The translations under genes were made by a program, and so were the position numbers. Positions 1-10,600 of a stretch of 64,000 nt of DNA are shown in pieces (the first letter of the stretch is position 1; every line of letters begins with the position of its first letter). The DNA lies in assembly GCA_902628365.1 (NCBI GenBank), contig CACOMW010000002.1:5298-69297 (forward strand). Direction: 5' to 3'. Source of the stretch: an uncultured Marinoscillum sp. GTDB lineage: Bacteria > Bacteroidota > Bacteroidia > Cytophagales > MED-G16. The notes beneath the pieces were generated by a model. That model was not told the DNA's origin and did not search any database. It was given only the letters and a program-made list of their open reading frames with translations.

Positions 1-1
1 A

Positions 2-3000
2 GTTCTTCAACCTTTTGGTAAGAATTTAAGTTATTATTTTGAACAAAATAACGAAGAAAACCTTGTGTCTAAATACGTATTTGATGAGTTATATAATCTA
101 ACTAAATCAGATGCTATGAAAGTATTGTCAAAAAATAAATTTTATATACTAGGAAAGTATAGTTCTGGTTCTTCAAGTGAAATTAGTCTGCCTGGCCTTG
201 ACATTGCTGAAAATTCAGTTGTTGTAATGTCAGGAAATATTCAACTTGTAGAGGGTAAAGATTATACAGTTGATTACAACTTAGGAAAAATTAAGATAAT
301 TAATACTGGAATCTTAACTTCAGGAAAAGATATCAGTGTATCTTATGAAAAAGCAGACCTATTTAATTTCCAAACTAAATGGCTTTCAGGAGCTAGAATG
401 GAGTATAAATTCTCTGATAATGCAAGTTTAGGATTTACCTTGTTACATTTAAATGAAAGACCTGGGGGTATTAGTAGATATAGTATTGGAAGTGAACCAA
501 TTAAAAATACAAAATATGGTTTTGATCTTAGTGTTTTTCAAGAGAGTAAGTTATTGACAAAAATAATAGATTTTGTTCCTTTACTTGGAACTAAAGAAAT
601 TTCAAATATTAATTTGAATGCTGAATTTGCTCAATTAATTCCAGGCACCTCTAATAAGGTTAACGGTGAAGGAACAACCTATATAGATGATTTTGAAAAT
701 GCAATTATTCCTTTAAGCTTGGGAAGCTCATCTCAAATTTGGAAATTGGGAACTACTCCTTCTACTGACGACAATAGATTTGATCTAAGTAATATAACAA
801 GTAACAATTTAGGATACTCTTACAAAAGAGCTAAAATAGCATGGTATGTTATTGATAATATTTTCTATATTAAAGGTGGATTTGCTTCTTCTGCTCCAAG
901 AAATCTTACTAAAGAAGATTTAGAAAATAATTATGTTAAAGCAATTTCTCCCCAAGACATTTTTAGACAACAAGATAAAAAATTAATTAACACAAATTTA
1001 TCTACATTCGATGTAGCCTATTTTCCTACAGAAAGAGGTCAATATAATTATAATCCTGATTTATATCCGTCTGGATTATTGAAGAATCCAAAATCAAATT
1101 TTGGTGCTATAACTAGAAGTATTTCAAATGATGTTGATTTTGATAAAACTAATATTCAATATTTAGAATTTTGGATGATGGATCCCTTTATTAAAGGTGA
1201 AAAAGGAAAAGTAATTGATGGTATTTTTAATAAAAATAATGAAACTGGTGGTGATCTAATTTTTAATTTAGGAAATATTTCAGAAGATATAATGAAAGAT
1301 GAAATTCATGCTTTTGAAAATGGACTTTCAAAAGATTTTAATTCAAGTAATACTATTGAAAATGAATGGGGGAGAGTAACAACAAAACAATACTTAACTA
1401 AATTTTTTGAAAATGATAATTCTCTAAGAGAAATACAAGACGTTGGTCTGGATGGTTTAAATGATAATGATGAATTAGATTATTTCAAAGATTCATTTTT
1501 AAATAATATTTCTTTATCGGCTGAATCATCTTTAAAAATTGAAAAAGATGTTTCTGCAGATAATTTCAAATACTATCTAGGAGAAGATTTTGATTCTGAG
1601 GATATAAAAATTCTTGAAAGGTATAAAAATTATAACGGTATGGATGGAAATACTCCTTTAGCTTTTGAAGGGAATTTTGCTGCCCAAGGCTCTCCCTTTC
1701 CAGAAAATGAAGATATCAATGGAGATAATACTTTATCAGATTTAGAGAAATATTATGAATATAAAATACCTTTAGAACCTGGAAATTTAAAAATAGGGAC
1801 AAACCATATTGTTGATAAAATTGTTGACCAGTCTGGTGATGCAACTTGGTATCAATTTAGAATTCCAATTAGAGATCCTGATAGAATACAGGGTAGTATA
1901 TCCGATTTTAAAAACATAAGATTTATAAGGACATACCTCACTAATTGGGAGGAACCTGTGGTTTTAAGGTTTGCAAAATTTCAGTTTGTTGGAAGCCAAT
2001 GGCAAAAATATGAATCTTCATTGGTAGAAAAAGGATTAAATGAGATACCTGAATTTTCTTCATCTAATTTTGAAGTTTCAGTAGTCAATATTGAAGAAAA
2101 TAGTATAGGCTCGGAGGAAAAATCCCCTTATGTTATTCCTCCTGGAATAAGAAGGGATATTGACAATACTACAATTGTTCAAAGAAGGACTAACGAACAG
2201 TCTTTACAATTATGTGTAGACGATTTGTATGATGGAGATGCAAGAGCGGTATTTAAACAAGTGAGTTATGATTTAGTAAATTATGGTAGGATTAAAATGT
2301 TTTTACATGCGGAATCATCCAATGGAGATTTAGTTTATGATGATGAAGTAAGTGCAATTATAAGAATAGGATCTGATTATAAAGAAAATTTTTATGAAAT
2401 AGAGGTTCCATTAAAAATTACACAACCAAATCTAATTTCAAATCAAGGCGACATATCAAGGTTAGTTTGGCCTGAAGATAACGATTTAGATTTATCAGTA
2501 AATGAGCTTTTTGCAATAAAATCTCAAAGAAATAGATTAAATATAGATAATAAGATTCCGTATACTAAATTATCAGAAAATGGGAAGTACAAAATTTCAA
2601 TAGTTGGAAGGCCTAATATTAGTTCGGTACTTAATATTATGTTAGGAATACGGAATAACTATAGTAAGGATAGAGCATCTAAATCAGTTTGTGTTTGGTA
2701 TAATGAATTAAGAGCCACTGATTTTGATAAAAAGAAAGGTTGGGCTTCTAATGTTTCTCTAAATATGAAGTTGGCAGATTTTGCTGATGTAAGTGGTTCA
2801 GCTAGATATACATCTGTTGGTTTTGGATCAATTCAGCAAAGAATTTTTGAAAGGACAAGAGAAGAAAATTTTCAATATGATGCATCAGCAAATATTAATT
2901 TAGATAAATTTTTACCTTCAAAATCAGGTATAAAATTACCATTATATATTTCTACAGATAAAAGTAAAATTACTCCATATTATGATCCATTAGATAAAGA

Positions 3001-5281
3001 TATTCCATTAGATGCTTCTTTATCTTCATTTCAATCTGAAAATGAAAAAAAAGCTTATAAAAATTTAGTAGAGGAAACTAGAGAAAGTAAATCTATAAGT
3101 TTAAATAATGTTCGTAAAGAAAGAATGAAAGATTCAAGAGTTGATTTTTGGGATATAGAAAATATTACCACAAGTTTTTCTTATAGTGAAACGAAAAATA
3201 AAAGTATAAATCTTGCTACATCAGAAACAAAACAACATCGAGGAAATTTGACTTATAATTATTCTCCTAAAGAGAAAAATATTGAACCATTTAAAAAAAT
3301 TAAATGGTTGGATTCTAAATTTTTAAAATTGATAAAAGATTTTAATTTTAATCCAATACCATCAAATTTTTCTTTTTCAGCTGATTTAAACAGAAGTTAT
3401 GCTAAAGAACAATATAGAAATTCTGAGTTAAGCATTGAAAATGTTGATCCAATTTATGAAAAATATTTTTCATTTAATAGATCCTACAATTTTCGTTGGA
3501 ATTTAACTAAAAGCTTGAATTTAGATTACAATTCAACTACAAATGCTGTTATTGATGAGCCTGAAGGTGAAATCGATTCTAAAGAAAAGAGAGACTCTTT
3601 ATTATTTAATTTAAAAAAGCTTGGAAGGACAAAAAATTTTCAACAAAATATAACTGTTAGTTATAAACTACCATTAGAAAAATTACCAATTACTGATTGG
3701 ATATCCTCTCAAGCAAGGATGAATGTAAAATATATTTGGGTAGGAGGATCTTTAGCTCAATCGGATACTTTAGGTAATATTATTAATAACAATAGAGATT
3801 ATTTATTAAATGGAAAAATTGATATGATTAAACTTTATAATAAAATTCCTTTCTTAAAAAATTTTAATAAAAAATCTAAGCTTGTTTTAAATGATTCGCT
3901 TAAGACAATATATGATAATAAATTTCTTAAAACAATTATGAAATTAATTATGTCAGCAAGATCATTTAACATCAATTATTCAATGAATGGAGGAACAACT
4001 TTAGCAGGAATTACTAATTCTCCAAACCTATTTGGTATAAATTCAAAGTTTAAATCTCCAGGTTGGAATTTTATTTTAGGGTCTCAGGATCCAAATATCA
4101 GATTTAATGCATCTGGAAATAATTGGTTAACTAAAAACTCATCATTAACTAGTCCGTTCTTACAGTTTAGATCTCAAGATCTTACATTAAGAGGTAGTAT
4201 TCAACCTTTTGATTTTTTAAGAATTCAATTGGATGCAAAAAAATCTTTTTCTGAAAAATTTCAAGAAATATTTAGATATGATAATTCAAATCAATCCTTT
4301 GTTTCTCTTACACCTTCAAGGTCCGGTGACTTTTCTATTTCTTATATTTTTATAAAAACAGCATTTATTAAGGACGATGATCAAAATAGTTCTTCTACCT
4401 TCAATACTTTTATAAATAATCGAAAAGTTATTAGAAATAGACTTAATGCAATCAATTCTGTAGGTGAGTACGGATTAAATTCTCAAGATGTATTGATTCC
4501 AGCATTTGTATCAGCTTATTCTAAGTCTGATCCATCGAATATATCTTTGAATCCATTTATTAAATCACCTTTACCTAATTGGAGAGTTGATTTTGCAGGG
4601 TTATCAAAAGTTAGTTTTTTAAAAGATATTTTTTCGTCTATTAATATCAGCCATTCTTATCAATCTATTTATTCAATAAATAATTTTGTTAGTTCATTAT
4701 ATTATAATGAAAATATGGATTTTTCAAATAATTTTTCAGATTATCCTCTTGCATCAAAACAATCTGAAAATGGATTAGTTCCATTTTATGTTATTGGTCA
4801 AGTTAACATAATTGAAAGATTTTCACCTTTATTAGGAATTAATGTTAGAACTAAAAACAATTTGAGTGCAAGGATTGAATATAGAATTGAGAGAAATTTG
4901 AATTTAAATTTATCTAATTCCCAAATTTCAGAATTAAAAAACTCTGATATATCATTTGATTTTTCTTTTATGAAGTCAAAACTTAGATTGCCATTTAAAT
5001 ATAGAGGGGAAACTATTATTTTAGATAATGATGTTAAATTTAGGATGAATCTTGTTTTGCGAGATACGAAAACAATTCAAAGAAAAATTGAAGGAGAAAA
5101 TATTTTAACAAATGGTAATTACAATTTTCAATTAAGACCTAATATTAATTATTCAGTTAATGATAAATTAAATTTAATTATCTATTATGAAAATACAATC
5201 AACAAACCAAGTGTTGCAAATTCATTTCCAAGATATTCTTCTTCTTTTGGTGTTAAATTAAGATTAAGTTTATCTCAATAG
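2..5281 (+). CDS. sprA: SprA, type IX secretion translocon / gliding-motility outer-membrane protein (5'-truncated by window edge)
   Basis: The frame of ORF 65..5281 stays open back to nt 2, so the gene begins upstream of the window. The product is over 1,750 aa and beta-rich with N/S/Y-rich outer-membrane-type composition. sprA followed by gcvH and vanZ-like is a Flavobacteriia-typical neighbourhood, recalled from memory. porU, porV and gldH are in the same window. Confidence 0.75.
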   Translation, partial: VLQPFGKNLSYYFEQNNEENLVSKYVFDELYNLTKSDAMKVLSKNKFYILGKYSSGSSSEISLPGLDIAENSVVVMSGNIQLVEGKDYTVDYNLGKIKIINTGILTSGKDISVSYEKADLFNFQTKWLSGARMEYKFSDNASLGFTLLHLNERPGGISRYSIGSEPIKNTKYGFDLSVFQESKLLTKIIDFVPLLGTKEISNINLNAEFAQLIPGTSNKVNGEGTTYIDDFENAIIPLSLGSSSQIWKLGTTPSTDDNRFDLSNITSNNLGYSYKRAKIAWYVIDNIFYIKGGFASSAPRNLTKEDLENNYVKAISPQDIFRQQDKKLINTNLSTFDVAYFPTERGQYNYNPDLYPSGLLKNPKSNFGAITRSISNDVDFDKTNIQYLEFWMMDPFIKGEKGKVIDGIFNKNNETGGDLIFNLGNISEDIMKDEIHAFENGLSKDFNSSNTIENEWGRVTTKQYLTKFFENDNSLREIQDVGLDGLNDNDELDYFKDSFLNNISLSAESSLKIEKDVSADNFKYYLGEDFDSEDIKILERYKNYNGMDGNTPLAFEGNFAAQGSPFPENEDINGDNTLSDLEKYYEYKIPLEPGNLKIGTNHIVDKIVDQSGDATWYQFRIPIRDPDRIQGSISDFKNIRFIRTYLTNWEEPVVLRFAKFQFVGSQWQKYESSLVEKGLNEIPEFSSSNFEVSVVNIEENSIGSEEKSPYVIPPGIRRDIDNTTIVQRRTNEQSLQLCVDDLYDGDARAVFKQVSYDLVNYGRIKMFLHAESSNGDLVYDDEVSAIIRIGSDYKENFYEIEVPLKITQPNLISNQGDISRLVWPEDNDLDLSVNELFAIKSQRNRLNIDNKIPYTKLSENGKYKISIVGRPNISSVLNIMLGIRNNYSKDRASKSVCVWYNELRATDFDKKKGWASNVSLNMKLADFADVSGSARYTSVGFGSIQQRIFERTREENFQYDASANINLDKFLPSKSGIKLPLYISTDKSKITPYYDPLDKDIPLDASLSSFQSENEKKAYKNLVEETRESKSISLNNVRKERMKDSRVDFWDIENITTSFSYSETKNKSINLATSETKQHRGNLTYNYSPKEKNIEPFKKIKWLDSKFLKLIKDFNFNPIPSNFSFSADLNRSYAKEQYRNSELSIENVDPIYEKYFSFNRSYNFRWNLTKSLNLDYNSTTNAVIDEPEGEIDSKEKRDSLLFNLKKLGRTKNFQQNITVSYKLPLEKLPITDWISSQARMNVKYIWVGGSLAQSDTLGNIINNNRDYLLNGKIDMIKLYNKIPFLKNFNKKSKLVLNDSLKTIYDNKFLKTIMKLIMSARSFNINYSMNGGTTLAGITNSPNLFGINSKFKSPGWNFILGSQDPNIRFNASGNNWLTKNSSLTSPFLQFRSQDLTLRGSIQPFDFLRIQLDAKKSFSEKFQEIFRYDNSNQSFVSLTPSRSGDFSISYIFIKTAFIKDDDQNSSSTFNTFINNRKVIRNRLNAINSVGEYGLNSQDVLIPAFVSAYSKSDPSNISLNPFIKSPLPNWRVDFAGLSKVSFLKDIFSSINISHSYQSIYSINNFVSSLYYNENMDFSNNFSDYPLASKQSENGLVPFYVIGQVNIIERFSPLLGINVRTKNNLSARIEYRIERNLNLNLSNSQISELKNSDISFDFSFMKSKLRLPFKYRGETIILDNDVKFRMNLVLRDTKTIQRKIEGENILTNGNYNFQLRPNINYSVNDKLNLIIYYENTINKPSVANSFPRYSSSFGVKLRLSLSQ

Positions 5282-5306
5282 AGTTTATATTATAAAAATT
5301 AGATAT

Positions 5307-5314
5307 TACTTTTG
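5307..5314 (+). promoter_or_regulatory. Candidate Bacteroidetes -7 promoter element (TAnnTTTG) upstream of gcvH
   Basis: tacttttg is an exact match to the Bacteroidetes sigma-A -7 consensus TAnnTTTG and ends 18 nt before the gcvH ATG. No clean -33 TTTG was seen (gttta only). Confidence 0.3.
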
Positions 5315-5331
5315 GGAAAATTAAAATTATT

Positions 5332-5706
5332 ATGGATCCAAATAATTTAAAATACACTAAAGACCATGAATGGATAAGTATTGATGGGGATTATGCTTTT
5401 GTTGGAATCACAAATTTTGCTCAAAAAGAATTGGGAGATATTGTTTTTGTTGAAATTGAAAGTTTAGAACAAGAAATTAAATCTGGTGAAGTTTTTGGAT
5501 CGGTTGAAGCTGTTAAAACAGTTTCTGATCTTTTTATGCCTATGACTGGAGAAATTATAGAAGTAAACCAAAAGATTATTGATAACCCTGAGCTTGTAAA
5601 CTCCGATCCTTATGGTGAAGGATGGATGATTAAAATTAAAATTTTAGATTCAAATGAAGTTGAGGACCTTTTGGATCTTAAATCTTATGAAGAAATATCT
5701 GGATAA
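5332..5706 (+). CDS. gcvH: Glycine cleavage system protein H (lipoyl carrier)
   Basis: 124 aa. The lipoyl-lysine motif is in SVEAVKTVSDLFMP, and the N-terminal YTKDHEWI and C-terminal DPYGEGWM are classic GcvH signatures. Confidence 0.92.
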   Translation: MDPNNLKYTKDHEWISIDGDYAFVGITNFAQKELGDIVFVEIESLEQEIKSGEVFGSVEAVKTVSDLFMPMTGEIIEVNQKIIDNPELVNSDPYGEGWMIKIKILDSNEVEDLLDLKSYEEISG

Positions 5707-6049
5707 TTTTTATTTTAACTTATCTCTTAGTCTTATATGGATACTCTTCAGTACTTATTTGTTTTTTTTAAAAGTTGATACTTTTGAATATTCATCTCTT
5801 CCATTTAATGATAAATATGTTCATTTTACTATTTTTTTTGTAATGACTTATCTTTTACTTAGGACTTTAAGAGTTAGTAACTTCAATTATAATTTTCGAT
5901 CAAAAATTATTTTATTATTATCATTATTAGTATTTAGTTTTTTGATAGAATATTTTCAAAATTTAACAAATTATAGATCTTTTGAATTGAATGATATTTT
6001 TTTTAACATTCTGGGAATTTTCGTTTGTTATTTTGTTAAAATAAAATGA
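5687..6049 (+). CDS. VanZ-like family membrane protein
   Basis: Small 4-TM protein with the VanZ-like pattern DKxxHF (NDKYVHFTIFF) and E..Q......R.....D...N..G (IEYFQNLTNYRSFELNDIFFNILG). The start is ambiguous: ATG 5654 and ATG 5687 are both in frame, and 5687 gives the shorter overlap with gcvH. Confidence 0.7.
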   Translation: MKKYLDNFYFNLSLSLIWILFSTYLFFLKVDTFEYSSLPFNDKYVHFTIFFVMTYLLLRTLRVSNFNYNFRSKIILLLSLLVFSFLIEYFQNLTNYRSFELNDIFFNILGIFVCYFVKIK

Positions 6050-6089
6050 ATTAGTATAATTACATATAGTTTTTTAATATATATCATAT

Positions 6090-6767
6090 ATGGAATTAAA
6101 AAAGAATCCGAACGCTGACTTGGAAAAGAAATCAGGCCTTTTCATGAATATTGGTTTGTGTGTAAGTTTACTTCTTGTAATAACAGCTTTTGAATGGCGA
6201 TTTTATGATCGAGGGTCTGCTATGGATTTAGGCAACATTGAAGATGATTTTGAAGATCTATTAGAAATTCCTCCTACTGAACAGCCACCCCCACCTCCAC
6301 CTGTAATACAACAACCAGAAATTATTGAGGTTCCAGATGAAGAAGAAATTGAAGAAGAAATTGAAATAGAAATTGACGTTGAAATTACTGAAGAAACTGT
6401 TATTGAAGAAATTGTTTTTGAAGAAGCCCCTGAAGAAGAAGAAGTTGATGAAATTTTTACAATTGTTGAAGATCAACCACAACCTCCTGGTGGTATGGGT
6501 GCTTTTTATAAATATGTTGGAACTACTTTGAGGTATCCAGCTCAAGCAAGAAGAATGGGTATTGAAGGTAAAGTTTTTGTCCAATTTGTTGTTGGTAAAG
6601 ATGGTTCACTTACAGATGTGCAGGCAATAAAGGGAATTGGAGCTGGTTGTGATGAAGAAGCAGTTAGGGTAATTTCAAGAGCAAAAAAATGGTCTCCAGG
6701 TAAGCAAAGAGGAAGACCTGTTAGGGTTAGAATGATTTTACCAATTACTTTCAAATTAGGCGGCTAA
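6090..6767 (+). CDS. Energy transducer TonB (TonB C-terminal domain protein)
   Basis: N-terminal TM anchor, a Pro run (PPTEQPPPPPPV), an acidic linker, and a C-terminal TonB fold signature (YPAQARRMGIEGKVFVQFVVGKDGSLTDVQ...PVRVRMILPITFKL). Confidence 0.82.
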   Translation: MELKKNPNADLEKKSGLFMNIGLCVSLLLVITAFEWRFYDRGSAMDLGNIEDDFEDLLEIPPTEQPPPPPPVIQQPEIIEVPDEEEIEEEIEIEIDVEITEETVIEEIVFEEAPEEEEVDEIFTIVEDQPQPPGGMGAFYKYVGTTLRYPAQARRMGIEGKVFVQFVVGKDGSLTDVQAIKGIGAGCDEEAVRVISRAKKWSPGKQRGRPVRVRMILPITFKLGG

Positions 6768-6771
6768 TTTT

Positions 6772-7641
6772 TTAAAGTACATTAAAAAGTATTTCTTTTA
6801 TTTTTTCCAATTTTTCTTTCATTTCTATTACTTTATTTTTAATATCTAATTCATTGGTTTTGGAACCAATTGTGTTAATTTCTCTACCTAATTCTTGAGA
6901 AATGAAAATAAGTTTTTTCCCATAATGATTTTTAGATTTAATTGTTTTTAAAAAGTGAGATAAAAGACTTTTTAATCTTTGAATTTCTTCATTAATATCT
7001 TGCTTTTCAACATAATAAAGAATTTCTTGTTCGAGTCTATTTTTGTCAATTTCAATGTTATTACTAATATTTTTTAATTTGTTTTTTAATATTTTTTCTT
7101 TTTTATAAATAGTTTTTTTATCAGTTTTAATAATTGATTTTAGACAGCTATTAATTTTTTCTATATTTTTCTTTAAATCCTTAGCTAAATCTTTTCCTTC
7201 CTTTATCCTAAACTTATTACATTGATTGATGGTCTCATTTAAAAATGGTAGTATTTTATTATATGATATATTATTATTTGATTTGTAAGTGATAATATTA
7301 TTCAAGCTAGTAGTTATTTTAAATAAATCTTTTTCATGTGAATTTTTTACTGATTTTGAAAGGCTTTTAAGTTCATTATATTTTTTTTTGAAAATTTTTT
7401 TATTTATTTCAATAGTATCCTTTTTTATTAGTTGATTTATTGTAATTGATAAATTTATTTTTCCTCTTTTCAGATTTTTTTTTAATAAATTAATTATGTG
7501 AATTTCTTTATGATTTAATTCTTTTGGTATTTGATTTTGTATGTCAAAATATTTTGAGTTTAAAGATTTTATTTCAATTTCAATAATTTCATTTTTTATT
7601 TCAGCTCTTTTAAATCCATATCCTGTCATTGAAAGTATCAT
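6772..7641 (-). CDS. yicC: YicC family stress-induced protein
   Basis: Canonical N-terminus MILSMTGYG, C-terminal ISQELGREINTIGSK motif, and typical length of 289 aa. Confidence 0.85.
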   Translation of the reverse strand: MILSMTGYGFKRAEIKNEIIEIEIKSLNSKYFDIQNQIPKELNHKEIHIINLLKKNLKRGKINLSITINQLIKKDTIEINKKIFKKKYNELKSLSKSVKNSHEKDLFKITTSLNNIITYKSNNNISYNKILPFLNETINQCNKFRIKEGKDLAKDLKKNIEKINSCLKSIIKTDKKTIYKKEKILKNKLKNISNNIEIDKNRLEQEILYYVEKQDINEEIQRLKSLLSHFLKTIKSKNHYGKKLIFISQELGREINTIGSKTNELDIKNKVIEMKEKLEKIKEILFNVL

Positions 7642-7648
7642 AATTATT

Positions 7649-10600
7649 CTAGAAACTATAACCTATTGAAAAATGTAATTTTGGTTTCCCAACCTTATAA
7701 TCTTCAATGGGTTTTGCAAAATCTATTTTTACATAATAATCCATTATTAAAGATTGTATACCCCATCCAAAACTTGATAACCATGGGTTTTTTGAATTTA
7801 CAACCTCTGCATCAAAAACTGATCCAGGATCATTTATTACCCAAATGTTTATACTATTATCAGTATTAAATGGTGATTTTCCTGACCAAGATGATCCTAT
7901 ATCAAAAAAGCTTATTAATTGCAGATTTTGTAGAAAGGATGATGATACTTCTCTATTGAATAAATATTTTATTATTGGGACCCTTAGTTCAGTTGTAAAT
8001 TTTAGTATCTGATTACCTTGAAATTTATTATAATTATAACCCCTAAGGTTATGGAATTCAGTAAAAAGTACATTTGAATTATCAATTCCACTACTTATAG
8101 ATAAAGGGTTATATTTAGCATTTTCTTCTTTTTTTGAAAACAAAGAGTTCTTAACCCCTCCAAGTAAAAAATATTTAGGATTATTTCCGAAAAAATTTCC
8201 ATAATATAATTTAGATGCTAGTGTAATTTCTTTATGTATTTTTTGATAATGATTGATATCAAAATAAAATTTATTGAAATTATTTTGGGTAGCTTTTAAT
8301 GAATTATAATTTTCAAATCCAAATTTTAGCTTAGTCCCTTGTTGTAAGTTCATTGCAATTTTTTTTGTATTATCGAAAATAATTCTAGTTTTTATTCCTA
8401 TATAATTGAATTTGCTTTCAGTTAAATGGGGAATAGGAGTAGTATTTAAAACCCTATAGTCTAAATCATTAAATTGTGAATATTTATATTCAGGTGATAT
8501 TTCTATTCTTGAAAACTTTGAAATCGGATAAGATGATACAAAGTAAATAGAGTTATATTGATATTTATGGTACAAATAATCTTCATCATTCTCTAAAAAA
8601 ATTAATTTCCTTTTGAAGCCTAGTTTAAAATCAGTTCTTCTTTTTAAATAGCTATATTCAATAAAAATATCTGGACTTTTTAAATTTGAAAATGGAATAA
8701 AGGCATTACTATATAGTTTGTGATTTTCAAATAAATCTATTATGTCTGTTTCTATTCTATTTCCAAAACCTTTTATTGGATCAATAAATAAAAATGAATT
8801 AAAATTATTTTTAATTATAGAATATTTATAATCTTGAGAAGTGTAAGCACTTGAGCTTTTTTGAAATTTTTTGTAGTTTGAAATAATTGATGAAACATTA
8901 TTATAATTATTTTGATCTTCAAAAATAAAATTTTCAACATCTTCATAATCAATATCCTCAATTATAACAGCATCGTTTTTATCTATGGAATCAATTTTTG
9001 AAAGATTTTTATTTAATAAATTTTTTTTAATTAGAAATTTTTTACGGTTGGTTTCAAGAGTAAATACATTATTATTTAAACTAAAATCTTCATAATAATA
9101 ATTTTTAATTCCACCCTCATTAATAAATGATGCTATAAGAATATTATTTTCAATATCAATATCATAATTTAATATATCAGAAAAAAAATTACTAACTTGA
9201 AAGAAAGATTCATTAGTTAAGTCATATTTAAATAAATTACTAATTCCTTTAATATCACTTAAATAATATAATTCATTAATATTTTTGGCGAATGGTTTTG
9301 TATCCTTGCTGACTGTTTTTGTAATTTGTTTTAATTCTAATTTTGTGGTATCTAAATGATATAAAAAAATATTATAATTATCATCTTTTATTTCATTCAT
9401 CTTGAAATCTTCATCTTCCAAAAAAGGGGTTTTTCTATTTGAGCTAAATAAAATAATATCTTGATTAGGAATAAAAATAGGATCTATATCATCCCATTTG
9501 TCGTTTGTAATTTTTTTTATAAAATTCTTGTAAGTACTTAATAAGTATAAATCAGTTTTTCCGTTAAAAGAACCACTAATTACCAATAAGTTTGATGAAT
9601 AATTAAAATTGAAGCTATTTATATTATCAAAATTTTCTAGCTTTTTTGTTTCTTTTGTATTATTCAATAGATCATAAATTAATAAAACATATGATTTTTT
9701 ATCATAAGTTATTATTCCAACTTTTTCATTATTTAACCAATTAAGTTTTATTTGATCATCATTTAAATTATTAGGAGTTGAATAAATTTTATCTACTTTA
9801 TTTGTTATTAAGTTTTTGATAAAAACTTTTTGTTTATTTTCATCCATAATAGAATATAATATTTTATTTCTTTCTGGACTTAACTTAGTTTGTGTTGAAT
9901 TGATTTTTTCTTTATTATGATTTAATTGCTTTTCTTTTTCTGGAAGTTGATATTGAGAAATTAAATCTTTGGAATTGTCGATATAATAATTTTGCCAGTT
10001 TTTAAGTAGCAAATTAAATGATATTCCTAATGTGGATTCAAAGCTTCTAGGTGTATTTTTTATTATTTTAGAAAGATTTAAAACATTAGATAAACTTGAT
10101 TTTCCATAGGTATTTATTACATAGTTCCATATGCTTTGCCCAATTATTGGTGATTGATTCTCTGTGATTTTTGAAATTTTTTTGAAATCTGAAATTAAGA
10201 AGTAATCTCTCATATAATTATCCATTTCTTGACTCCATCCATTGGCAATGTATTTAGATGCTCCATTTGTAAACCATTTAGGTAAATAAACTAAAGAAGA
10301 TTTACCAAATCTCTGTGTGAAGCTTTTTTCACTATTCATCATATCACTAATCAATGAATTTGAAAAATCATATTTAAGTTTTTTAATAAAATCCTGCCTT
10401 GTTCCTGGAAAATATGTTGTAAATTCTAATTTAAAATTTGTTTGAACATTCGTAGTTAAAAAAACTTCTTTTTCATTAATTCCTAAGTTGCTTTGATTTA
10501 AATCTGCAGCAGAATTAAATATAAAAATTTTTGTCTTGGAATTAGGATAATGACCTATAAAATTAGTAATGAAATTAAAATTATCCTCTAATTCTTTAAT

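Noticed and set aside
5654-5706. 53-nt overlap between gcvH and the vanZ-like ORF as a programmed coupling or dual-coding region
   Set aside because: It is most simply explained by start-codon ambiguity. An in-frame ATG at 5687 reduces the overlap to 20 nt and gives a typical VanZ N-terminus.
6261-6754. Two minus-strand ORFs (6261..6584 and 6542..6754) inside the tonB gene
   Set aside because: They are antisense shadows of a well-supported TonB CDS. The first is an F/N-rich mirror image of the acidic gaa/att repeat. Neither has any motif or independent support.
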